Shown: piece after piece, positions 13,044 through 25,390 of the stretch | How the letters are laid out: each line of letters begins with the position of its first letter | How positions within the stretch are numbered: position 1 is the first letter of the stretch | Source of the DNA: Lama guanicoe | Taxonomy: Eukaryota | DNA: 64,000 nucleotides | Direction: 5' to 3' | Assembly (NCBI GenBank): GCA_013239625.1 | Contig: MU054117.1 | Location: 1,486,011-1,550,010, forward strand | Position numbers and translations under genes: made by a program | The notes under the pieces: generated by a model | Told to the model about the DNA's origin: nothing | The model's database searches: none | The model's input: only the letters and a program-made list of their open reading frames with translations

Positions 13044-13465
13044 GTGACAAGGCTGGGTTTCCCAGGAAGCAGACCTTAAGACAGATTTCACTGTGCAAGA
13101 AGTTCACCTGAGGGCGCTCCTGGGACTGACCCCAGGGGAAGGAAGGGGGGCGGGCAGGATAGTGCAGGCAGAGAAATTCAGCTGCCACGAAGTCCCAAAG
13201 GATTCAGACAACCCCACGAAGGGCTCTTCATCTGGGATGACCTTTCAGAGCTGTCCCAAGTCAGGGCGATGGATTCAAGGCCGTGTGCCCTGCAGGGATC
13301 AATCACCGATGCCAAAGGGAAGAGGCATGCGCTTGCGCAAGTCAGGTCTCTTCAGGCAAAGCCGTCCCACGGGGGCTCATAACTAAGGGCTACGCAGGGC
13401 ACTTCCAGCACCTGGGGCCCGTCCTTCCACCCTCGGGGGCTCTGAGTCGCTCATCACGGCGTCCG
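13044..13465 (-). mobile_element. ERVL solo LTR (LTR16-like)
   Basis: gggtttcccaggaagcagacc...gggatgacctttcagagctgtccc resembles antisense LTR16-family consensus (from memory). Confidence 0.6.
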
Positions 13466-14899
13466 TTATTCCCAGCAGCTCTCCTCTTTCCAGTTAGACT
13501 ACGTTTAATGGGAAATTGCAACTGCCCTCAGGTGTGCTGTATTTGAACCATATGCATAATTTTACAGCTTTGTAAAATCTTTGTAACTTGGTTGTTGAAT
13601 TCACAGACGGGGGGCATTCCGAAGCAGGTGTTCAGGCATGGCCTTTAAGGTGTGTATGGCGTCCCAGTCCACACAAATGAGGCGTGTGCATTTTTACATG
13701 AAGAGAGCCCGCAGCTTTCATCAGATTGTCCAAAGGGGAGAAGTTAAAAATCATTCATCAGTGACGTTCTTTTCAAATAGCCATAATATTGTTTAAAATG
13801 AACAGCCACTTCACTCAAAACTGCTCGTTTAGCTGCTTGATAAAAGTACTGTCAGCAAACGAGCTGCATGTAAAACAGAGTCTGGCCTGGCTGGGACGCA
13901 GGGAGGGCAGATCCAAACAGCAGGCCCTCACCCTTGTGCAGTGGGGGCCCAAGAAGCCTAGCAGATTTAGTAACTTTTCCTCAGTCAATGTAAGTGACGT
14001 CTCTGATCTGAAAAAATCCTCTAGGGAGGAAAAAAAAGTGTCGAGAGAAGAAAGGAAGGAGGTCTGGCCACTGCAGGGAGATAAAGCAGATAAAGGGCGA
14101 AATACATTCTGACGCTGGAAGCGATTTCTGGTTAGGGTGTACGTGCCGGTGGGTCGGGGGGGAGGAAGAGCACAGAAAGCCACTTGGCCACAGTCTGATT
14201 TAGGCCACAGTCAGGCGGCTCATTACGTCAGCTTCTCAAGCAGAGCTGACGGGCAGCTGGGCGTCTCTCCAAAGGGGATTCCCGCAGGTGAGAACGCGCG
14301 CAAGTTAATTCACGTAGAATTATACGCAGTTCTAAGCAGAAGGAAATAGTCACTGTGCCTCAAAACTTTGATCAGGCCTCTTTTTTTTTCCAGATCTTTT
14401 GTTCTTTGCCAGATACTTACCTATGTGTTTACACTCTGACAAGTTCCTGCTACCAGGTCTCCTGAGACGCCACTAAGAACCACCTTTGTCACAGGAGGGG
14501 TAGGACCCGCTCACACTGACTTGTTAATTACCATGTTTCAAGTTTAAAATGTGTGTTCGGTCAAAACAGAAGTCAAGGCACTCAAACTCGGCTTGCGAGA
14601 CTCGGGGAATATTCAAATGGCCTAAGGTCGGGGGAGAACAGACATGTACGTAAATCCTCGAATTATTCACTAAGCCACTTAGAAGCCCAAAGAAATGATG
14701 TACCTCCATGTTGTACAAAGCCCTGCAGTGGGCCTGTGAGTGGTTCCTACTTCTCTCACGCCTTAGCACTTGAAAATAGAGAATTTACCCAAAGGCTATG
14801 TTCTCTCAGGTCCATGCCTATTGCCTCCATGGTGATGTTGGTAGAACAAGTTTCTACACTTCTCCAGGTGAGAAAGACAAGGCTCTTTAAAAACACATC

Positions 14900-17006
14900 C
14901 ATCCTTATCCCAGGAATGCAAGGTTAATTCAACGTACAAAAATCAATTACATTATAAGGCACCATATTAATAAGGAACAGAAACCACATGATCATCTCAA
15001 TAGCTACAGAAAAAGCATTTGACAAAATCCAACACCTTTTCATGATAAAAACACTCTATAAACTAGGCATAGATGGGAACTTCCTCAACCTGACAGAAAG
15101 CAACTATGGAAAACCCACAGTTAATGTCATACTTGATGGTGAAAAACGAAAGCCTCTCTCCTCAGATAAAGAACCAGGCAAGGATGTCCACTCTCGCCAC
15201 CTCTGTCCGTCATTACACTGGACAATTAGGGAAGGGCAGTCAGGGAAGAAAAAGAACTAAAAGGCAGCCCGACTGGAAAGGAAAAGTACAGCCACTTCTA
15301 TTTGCAGATGGTATAATCTTATACATTGGAAATACTGAAGAGTCCACTAAAACACCATTTGAGATAACAAACTAGTTTAGCCAAGTTGTAAAACCCAAGA
15401 TCAATATGCAAAAATCAGTTGTGTATCTTTACAGTAAAAATGAGTAATCTGAAAATTAAATAAAGAAAATTCCATTTACAACAGCATCAAAAAGAAAAAA
15501 ATACATAGGAATAAATTTAAAGAAGTGCAAGACTTGTAAACTGAAAACTACAAAACATCAATGAAGGAAACTAAAGACAATCTAAGTAAGCTGAAAGGTA
15601 TCCAGTGTTCAGCAACTGAAAGACCTGTTCCTGGGTCTTTTTGACCCTGAAAAGCCAAAACAATCTTGAAAAGGAACACAGGGAGAAGGGTCACAGTTCC
15701 CATGATCAAAACCTACGACAAAGCCACAGTCCTCACGACGGTGTGACATGGCACGTGGGTAGACACACAAACTGATGGAGCAGAACTGGGAGTTCAGAAA
15801 TGAACACGTGTCTACATACAACTACATACAACTGGCCTTAAGCAATGGTCTCAAGACCATTAGGAAAAATAAAGGAATAGTCTTTACAACAAATGGTACT
15901 GGGACAAGTGGATATCAACGTGCAAAATAATGAAGTTGGACCCCTACCTTACACCACATACAAAAATTTACTAGGAATGAACCAAAAATCTAGATGTAAA
16001 AGTCAAAACTATAAAACTCAAAGAGGAAAACATAGGAGGACATCTTTGTGACCTTCAGTTAGGCAGTGGTGCCTTAGACATAATGCCAAAAACAAGCAAT
16101 TTAAAACTTTTGTGCATCAAAGGATGCTATCAAGATAGTAAAGACAGAACACACAGAATGGGAAAACTTTTTGCAAATCACAGATCTGATATGAATGGAA
16201 TCTCCAAAACAAAGACTTTCTAGAAGTCAAATAACTCAATTTAAAAAGACAAAGGATTTATATAGACAATTCTCCAAACATATACAGATATCCCCCAAGT
16301 ACATGGAAAGACATTCAACATCATTAATCTAACTATGGAAATGCAAATCAAAATCACAGTAAGATACCACATATGCCCATCAGAATGGCTGTTTTAAAAA
16401 GAAAAATAACAAAGGCATTTTGCTGGCAACAGTGGCAGAAAGATAAAATCCTTCAGCCACTTTTAGAAATAGTTTGGAAGTCCTTCAAAAAGTTACACAT
16501 GAATTTAACATCAATTCCATTCCAAGATACATACTCAAGAGAAATGAGGATGTATGCTCATAGAAAAACTTGTACATAGATGTTCACAGAATCATTATTC
16601 AGAATAGCCAAAAATAAGAAATAACCCAAATGTCCAGAAACTGATGAATGGATAACCCAAATGTGGTATATTCATCAAAATGGAATATTATTCAGCCATA
16701 AAAATGAACAAAGTACTGACATTTGCTACAGAAGTTACAGAAGCAAGACATAAAAAGCTGCACATTGTGTGATTACATTTATATGAAATGTCTGGAAGAG
16801 CCAGACTGCCAGAGACATAAAGAGGCAGTGGTTGCAGAGGAGAAGGGGCTGTGACTGCTAATAGGTATGGGTTTCTTTTGGGGGTCATGAAAATGTTCTG
16901 GAACTGAATAGAAGTGATGGCTGCACAACTTTGTAAATATACAAAAAAACAACCGAATTATACAGTTTAAATTAGTCAATTTTATGGTATGCACATTATA
17001 CCTCAA
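14900..17006 (+). mobile_element. ~2.1-kb L1MB-type fragment: decayed ORF2 RT region through 3'UTR
   Basis: ORF remnants [23 protein letters not shown] and LLFADGIILYI (L1 RT motifs), frameshifted; ends gtatgcacattatacctcaat. Confidence 0.92.
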
Positions 17007-17650
17007 TTAGGGGGAAAAATTACCCATCGATCCAATTAACCCCATGGGCTGGATCAAAAGTCAAAGTTCCCAACACCCATCAGCAAAGTGTGACACTACT
17101 CTGGAGTGAGATTTATCCCCCAAATAATACAAAACTGTTTAGTCAAGTCTGTCAGCTCTTAATGGACTAAAAATTTCCTTTGCATCCAGCATGACCTCTG
17201 CGCACACTCAGGCTGTCATCCAGGTGGCCGTCTCTCCCACGTAAGATCACGAATACGCGGGTGTTTCCAACCACACAGATGTGCTTCTCACTGAAGGTGA
17301 TCACTGAATTAAATACACAGCACTGATTCACCCTCTGCTGTCAGCCCGCCCTTTCCACATACCTCTGTACCTTTTCCTATCAATCATTTTCATATCCCCT
17401 GGTAATTTCTGTTATTGGAAAAAACAATTTTAAACTGTTGAGAATTCCTTCTGGTTTAAAGTGACTTCCATTGAGAGCAACGGATGATAGGAGAAGCCCT
17501 ATGAATAAGACAGCAAAACACTGAGCAGGACACGGAAGTGGGAAAAAAGTCATAAAACAACAGAAAAGGGAGTGAGAGCTTTATTCCCACACCACACAAA
17601 ATAGTCGCACCCTCATGGTCTCAATCCTTTATCAAACATTTTCACTCGAC

Positions 17651-18180
17651 TGGAGCAGATATTCCCCAAAGATGGCCACACCACCACCTCCCACCTTCCG
17701 CGCGCTTCTGTAACGTGGCTTGGCGCTCCTCCACCAAGCAGTGGAGCCTTTTGCTTGGCTCTCCCACTGAATCAAGGTAGGTCCTGTGGCTACTGTGACC
17801 AAAAGGGTACAGCAGAAGGAATCCTCTGCCACTTTCAAGTCAACTCCTAGCATAACCCCGAGGGCCCGGCAGCTTTTACCTCTGCCACCCGTGACTGCGG
17901 AAGGAGGTGCCCCGGAAGAAGTGTGACTGCGTCGTCACATGGTCAGGCACAGGGCACCTGCAGAAGCCCCGAGGAAAAGGGGGCCAGGGAAGACCTGGGC
18001 AGGATGGATGCAAGCGAGGAAGCCACGCTGGTGGAGGGTCACCCAACCGCAGGCACCCCCGCTGTCACCAAACAAACCAGGGGCCAACTACGAAGAGACC
18101 CCTTCCTGAACTCCTGACTCACAAATAAAATGCTGTTAGAGCCCCTAAGCTTCAGAGATAGCTCAGGACGCAGCAGTCGG
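17651..18180 (+). mobile_element. MaLR solo LTR (MLT1-like)
   Basis: Start ccccaaagatggccac and end aataaaatgctgttagagcccctaagcttcag...gcagcag typical of MLT1. Confidence 0.65.
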
Positions 18181-20974
18181 CTCCCCGCCACCTGCCTGCT
18201 GCAAGCAGGGCGACTGCTCTGGCGCTTTCGTCACCGTTGCCCAGCGCTGACTGTTTCTAGATGACCAGAGCGCAGGGATGAGGCATGCTGTGTTCTGTTT
18301 GTTTGTTTTGGGTTTTGGGAGAGGGGTGTTCTGCAAGAGCAAGGGATGGTGAGGAGGAACACACATGATTAAAAGGTACACTATAACAGGGTAAACTAAG
18401 ACCTCTTTTTTAGGGACTAATTCTTCAGTCATGGGTAAGACATCACTTGCACAACATCTGCATCGTCACTTAAACACAGTCATCTGTTGACAAACCGGAA
18501 GTTAAGGCAGACTTCGCAAGTTCAATTGTCCACCCTCCCAAGGTTTACCTGGAGATGTGAGGGCGGAAGGTAAACGAAGCAAAGCAAACCCACACGGAGC
18601 ACATTCCTCAGCAGAAACGCCACTACCAGTTAGACTTCATTCACACGTGCTGTTTTCTCAGCCAAATGCTTCAGGAGTGTAGCTGTTCATGTTCTCCACT
18701 GACAAGAAACTTTTAATTAAACTGAGTCCTGTTAAAACATAGTAAGTAAAAGAAACAAAAGGGAAAATTCGAATGCCTAAGTATATTAAGTTTCCAACTT
18801 AAAATCAATTGGGGCCTGACCTGCTCTTCTTTGTGATTTAAAAATGAGATTTAGAAAACACTGCAACTAGTCCTTACTAGAAATAAAAGAGCACAGATTT
18901 TAAATTTTAATTTTCTCAGAATAAATCTGTAAATATTGTGTTCAATGATAAAGCACTCTCCTTTGCATTTTATGATATGGAGAAAGTGAAAAAACTAACA
19001 CTGCTTTAGTCAAGACTCCACAGAAGACAAAGAATATAGAAAGAATCCATTCTTTGTGACTTCCTACTCAAAACAAAGTAACAGGACTCTTAAAGAACCA
19101 GTCTAGGACCAAACAAAGGGGAAAACCCTTCTAATTCTGTATTACCAGTTAGCTTTCTGCTACCAAAAAACATCTAAACTCTATTAAATACCGAAACCTA
19201 AGAAACTGAAGGTGCGAGCAAGGCGGAACAGACAAGCTACAGACGCGCGGAGGGACCGACGCAACACCTGCACCAGCGTTAAACTCCGGGCGATGCTATA
19301 GTGTATAATCAATCAGGCAAGAAGCTGCACAGTTTTAACACAGATTCTGAACGCTGCTCAGAGTCAAATGCTCAACTACATTTTCCAGGTCAGTGACTTA
19401 CTATAAAGATGAGACATTTACTGTAACACAGGACTACTCTGCTCCGCAGGGGAGAAGCCTGGGAGGGCGGGGCCCATGCTAATCCCATTGTGCAGCACGC
19501 CTGGCCATCTGCTATTGTCCCACCTCATTCTCCGAGCCCAGGCGGCCCCAGCGCATACAAATACGTCCACTGCCCACAAAGCCAGGAGACTGCGGGCAGG
19601 CGGCCGCGGCCCAGAGCCCCAAATGGTCCAGAGTATGTGACTCCTAAGCTTTATCACAGCTGCTACTATTCTCAGAAGGTGATTTTTTTTTAATGCATAG
19701 TTAATATGCCAAAAGTAATGCCAAAGTAATACACTGCTTCCCGGTGTTCTCCCTAAATGTTAGAGTAATTAAGTACTACTTAAATATACAATTATAGATA
19801 ATACTCTTGGGAAAATGACTAGAGGATGCGGATGCCAAAGGACAATAAAAGGATGAACGCGGAGTTACCATACCCCTCTTCTTTGCGGAATGAGTGCTGT
19901 GTCAAAAAGAAGGTTGTGCAAAGTAAGACCTGCCTCCAGGAATATCCGAAGGTCTACTTGGAAGGCTACACTTCCATATCCCACCGCAGTAGACTTCCGA
20001 AGTTTCTGATGGAGAAGCTTCAGGGCCAGAGGAGAGGAAGGCCGAGTTCCATTTATTAGTTTCCCAAGTGCACTAACTGGACAACACAGACGAGCACACA
20101 CTCCCTATGACGTGAGAAGGGGGATAATTTCCCAGAGACCAGGAGGTGCAGAGTTCGCAGCAAGAAAGAAAAGGCGTTCACAGACAGAGCTCCAGCAGAA
20201 ACTTTAAGGCTCCGTATTCAAAACACATGACGAGGAGAGGTGAGATTCCGGGGCGCGACCCTCTGGGAAAGACACGGCTCCGCTCTCTCGGCCTGGGCCC
20301 CCCCCTCCCCGTCTGCCTAGCAAACTTTCATGACCTTTCAACACCTTTCTTAGCATCCTTTCACACAGGCCAAACCTACAACCCCTGCTTGGTGCCCACT
20401 GTACACCACTCACATTGTAACTTCCCAACTGCCACAACACTGAGACTTTGAGAGCAGAAACCACATCTTGCCTTGTGCTCAGCACAGCACCAAGCGTGCA
20501 GCAGAAGGCACCATGCTGCCTGCGTGAATGAAGACCGCGTGGCAGACTGGGAGGACTGGGAAGCCCGCAGGAACACAACGCGTGTGTGAAACTGCAGACG
20601 CACTCGGAGTGGGGAGGCGGGTGGGAGAAGAGCCCGGGTCCGCCAGGGCGTACAAACACACACGCCAGGAACATGCGCGGGCTGCGTATCACCAGGATCC
20701 AGGCATCACCCCAAGAGGGAAGTACACAGAACGGTCTCTCCGGTGGGACTCGGGATTTTAAGAGATTTCTTTTGGATTAAGAACAGGGGGGGAAAAGGAC
20801 TTATAGAAAGATTAGACCTGCAAACAAACTGGGTTTACCAAAAAAAAAACCCTACAGACAACAGAAGGAGCTCTTAGAACGGCTTTGATGCATCGCATTC
20901 TGACAGAGGTGTCTCACGATACGCCACGCAAGTCCTTCCCAGGCCGAGGCAACATTTTACCTCTTACGTGAAGG

Positions 20975-21136
20975 TGTACAGAATACACTCATGTAGCTTG
21001 TAGTAACCTAAAGTGAAAAAATATGAAAATGAATATGTATATATGTATGACTGACCTATCATAGTGTGCACAGAAATGGACCCACCATTGTAAACTGACC
21101 ACACTTCAGTTCAAAATACACATATACTCATAAAAA
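20975..21136 (+). mobile_element. Short L1 3' end
   Basis: Aligns with 37600-37739 (cttgtagtaacct...tatgactga...ttgtaaactgac..cttca). Confidence 0.7.
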
Positions 21137-22019
21137 GGCAGAAGACGTAACGCTGAAGGAGATAAACAGACTAAATAAATCAAGATTCAAAACGATTCTC
21201 AAAGATTGGAGCAACTGGCTGAATTGGGCAGATAAAACTGAGAACAAACAATATTAACACCTTGCCTCCAGGGCACGTAACACTGCACAGGTTCCAAGGT
21301 GCCTTGATACACATTACATCATTCAAGAAAAACCCCGAGGTAACTGCTGCATCCTGTCTACAGCTGAAGAAACAGAAGGTGAGTGAGCCTCAGCACATTT
21401 TCCCAGGATCAAATATCGGCCAGGGCCAAAAGCAGAACATTAATAACGTCCTAATCATCTATCTCTCAATTAGATCCAAAATTCCAACGGGTCAAGCAAA
21501 GTGTGCAGGAAAAATGAGTCTAGAAAAATAACTGCCATCAGAAAAATTAACCAGGACAAATAAGAGCAATGGGAGGAATTATTTCTGTTCCAGATCTGGG
21601 GCAGCCAAATGCAGGCTCCCGATTCTAGAGCATCACCCTGCTGAAGGGGGACCACACGGGGTCAGCACGGCCCCGGGTTAGTCTTCACCAGCAGGCGCTC
21701 TTAGCAGCCCAGCTCCAGTCCAGGTAACAATGGCCCAAACTGTCCAAGCCATCAATTCATCACAACTGGACATATCTGACCTTAGGCTTAGTAAATCCAT
21801 CCGCCAGGCACTTTGCAGTGAATTGCAGGCAAACGAGCAGCTGGTCTTTATCAAACCCAGAGATGCTACATCCGCATCAGACGTTGTTTCAAAATATGCA
21901 AATAAAGCTTTAGAGAAAGGTGGTTCTAATTGTATGATTATAAAATTAGGAATAAATTGAAAATATAGGAAAAATTCTTTCTCACCAAGGACAGATACGT
22001 ATAAGTAGAAGTTTTTTCT

Positions 22020-24430
22020 AAGCATTTTTATTATTAATATTCAAACAAAAAGAAACATATAAAGTATATAATAAGCACCCATGAACCAAGAATGCAAATC
22101 AAACAGAAGTTACTCTGCCTGAGGTATTTTTAATTGTATCACATAGTTAACATACACGTATGCGTCTGTGCACCTCGTGCAGCAGATGAACCCACGACCT
22201 CACAGGAATGAGAACATTACCTAGACTATTCAAGACACTTACACACCCCTCCTTACCCCAGCTCTCTTCCCTCCATGCCTCCAGAAGGAAGAGCTTCGCT
22301 GAATTTTCACCCTAAATATCCCCTTGCCTTAAAACAAAAAGAATAATATGTTCCACTGTGTGGCTAAACCACAATTTACTAACTCATTCTTCTGTCAAAG
22401 AACATTTTGCATAGTGTTTCCTCAGTTTTGTTTTGGATTTTTTTTCTTAATCCAAACCAGGTTACTGCAAGCATTGCTACACACGTCCCGGAGTCCACCC
22501 TAAGCACACATACCTGGCAGGTACACTTACATTTAATTTAATAAGATTAAGTACTTTCCAAAACAGTTGTGCCTACTTAGGAAATCCAGTCGCCATATTT
22601 ACCCTGGAGAGAGTTAAGCGGTGGTGCCACAACTAATGGTAAACATTAAATTCATTTAAACACAGAAATAAAGACTAAACAACACAAATTATCATTATAG
22701 AAAGGACCTGTCCCCTCCACAAAAAGCATCACAATGTAAATCTGAGAAGTATTATGGACTCAGCAAAAGACAACAAAGCTTATCAACAAAATTGAGGGAC
22801 AATAAATAAGCATTTGTCATAAGAAGTAGTCAGTAGACGCTGCTCCACTTCAAAACCTTTGAAGTCAAGACAGAACATGAAACACTTTGCTTAAAGTGAT
22901 GGAGAGACTGGGAAAACGAGGCACAAGTCACACCTCTGCTCCACGAGACGGCTGTCATCAGGTTAACGAGGACCCTCGTGTTAGTACCTGACAGAGCTGA
23001 TCATACGCCCCCTTTGAAACTTCAGCTAAACTTCTGAGATACCACATTCCAACTAAAAGAGAAACAGATTATTTTATGAAGAGGAGAATCTGACAACATG
23101 GTACTACAGTTCATCTGGAGAAAGAAACAAGTGAGAAATGTCTGAAATGCCTCCAAAAAATTTTAATAAAGCAGAATAGGTCTAGTAAATACTAGATGTA
23201 CTAGGAAGGACTGTGGTCACTGAGACAGTTAAGGGAAAGGAGAGGCAGCGGCAGGTAAACGGAACAGGCCAGAACCCAGAACCAGGCCCAGGTGTACGTG
23301 ACAGCTTACTGTGGCATTCCAAACCAGAAGAAGAAAGGTAGATTATTTACTGTTATAATGACGACCGGCTGGCCACAGAGAAGAACATAATGCTGAATCA
23401 CTACAGCCAGTGTACAAATTCTATAAAACAATTTCCAGGTATAAATATTTAAAAAAAGAAACTCTGAAAGTACCAGAAGAAAGTATGTGTGAATTACTTA
23501 ATAACCCTGGCAGGCAGAAGGACATTCTGAGCATGACCTAAAACCGAGAGGGCAGAGGAAGGGACTCCTAAATCTGACACACAAATTCTAAAACAAATAC
23601 CAGAAAGAAAGTAAAGAAGAAAGTGACGAATAAGAGAATGTATTTGTAAATCACGAGGGAAGAGGCCATTCACTTACGAGGGAACCCCTACAAATGAGTA
23701 AAGGAGAAAAATAGAAAAATGTGGAGATGACATGAACGTGCAGCTTCCACAACAAAGAGACTCCTCTGAAAAGACGCTCAACTTTAAATAAATACTAAGC
23801 AAGAAAATAGATAGTTTTAAATTATCTGCCAGGTCAGTGCAAAATTGAAAAGGTTTGGCAACAAACCTTTGATGAAGCTATGAAGAAAGACATTTTTAAT
23901 ATAAACAAGCACAAACTTTTCAGAGCACAGGGGGGCACCCATCCGTCTTTTTAGAGGCACACACACAGTATCACATCAGGGCTGAGATGTTTATGTCGTC
24001 ATCTGTTGTACCATTACAACAAATGCAAAAACAAGAAGAAAACCTACAAGCATCTGCTTGTAAAGCTATAGGACGTCATTAACTACGGTGTGAGTATGAC
24101 GCCAAAAACCATGCAGACACTACAAACAGTGAGATAAAGCTACACATAAGAAGACACACAAATTTGTTTATCTTGAAATGAATAAAAATTATGATTCCAG
24201 TGGGTTTTTTTAAAGCCGTGTAACACATATACGCCTACAAGTAATCATACAAACACTGCGGTGCATCAGACAGCAGAAAATTATTCAGGATAAAAAAGAA
24301 GTGAGCGATCAAGCCATGAAACGAAATGGAGGAATTTTAAATACACAAAGTAAAAGCAGCAAGTCTGAAAAGGGCACACACTGTGTGACTCTAACTACAA
24401 GACCGTCCGGAAAAGGCAAAGCTGCAGACA
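22020..24430. mobile_element. Cluster of ancient L1ME-type fragments (minus strand ~22020-22580, plus strand ~23050-24430)
   Basis: Degraded ORF2/3'UTR motifs (aaagacgctcaact, gaaaagggcacacactgtgtgactctaactacaagaccgtccggaaaaggcaaagctgcaga). Confidence 0.5.
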
Positions 24431-25302
24431 GGAGAAGCGCCCCGGAACCCTGGCAGGACCCCGCGTGACAGCTGGCCGCCTTCCGGCACCACGTGCGCGT
24501 GCGTCTCCGCGTCGCTGCTCTGAACGGGTACGTCCTGGGCCACACCCACGCCTGTAGGACAAGGAGAGCCAGAGGCGCGGCCCCCACGGTCCCCTCACTT
24601 GGGCCACTGCACCTCCATCCGTCGCGCTTCCCCCAGACCTCCCACGCGACCTGCCCCACGGTGGTGCCGTCTGCATCCCAACCGTGCTGCTCACCGGCTG
24701 CTCCGTGGCCTCTGTAAGTCAGCAGCACCTCACCCCAGCCCAGCTCACCACAGTTCACGCTGCTCCCTCAACCCCGTCTCCGTGAAGGGCACCTGCATCC
24801 ACCCCGCTCCCCTGTTGGTCAACCACACGGAAACCAAGCTTGCTAACAGTGCTGTGGAGCAAGAGGGTGTCTGCAGCTCAAGAAAGCAATTATAATCACA
24901 GCTCCCTTGAGAGCCTTAAACGGCCTCTAAGCTTACGGTGCCTTTTCCTTTATTTTACGTGGATCCAAAAGTTAAAGCTTATTTCTATTCTATCAGCAAA
25001 CAATGGTCCAGGGACACATCACACATGTTGATTCTGATGATGTTAGTCTAGCAGCTTCCACAACAAAGTACAGACAGAACATAAAGGCTCTGAGGACTGA
25101 AAACGACAGGTGCAGAGGTAATTATTTTAAAAGACGCAGTAATAATCCAAACCAGTGACAGAAGCACCCGTGTCACCTATCTGATGACTGTTTTAAAGAC
25201 AAGCCAAATCAAAGTCTGTAGCACGACAGATTAGTGAGGCAGTGTAACGTACTAAACAGAACACAATTACTGGCCTCCATGAGGAAAGCTCAAGACACCA
25301 AC

Positions 25303-25390
25303 GGGGGAGGGGTAGCTCAGTGTGGAGCTCGTGCTCAGCATGCACCAGGCCCTGGGTTCAGTCCCCAGTCCTTCCATTCAAAAAAAAGAG
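25303..25390 (+). mobile_element. tRNA-derived SINE (vic-1-like), diverged
   Basis: A box tagctcagtg, B box ggttcagtcc, A-rich tail; homologous to three other copies in the window. Confidence 0.8.

Noticed and set aside
14988..15375. Reverse-transcriptase ORFs as a functional or domesticated gene
   Set aside because: Short frameshifted L1 ORF2 remnants; catalytic FADD is altered to FADG
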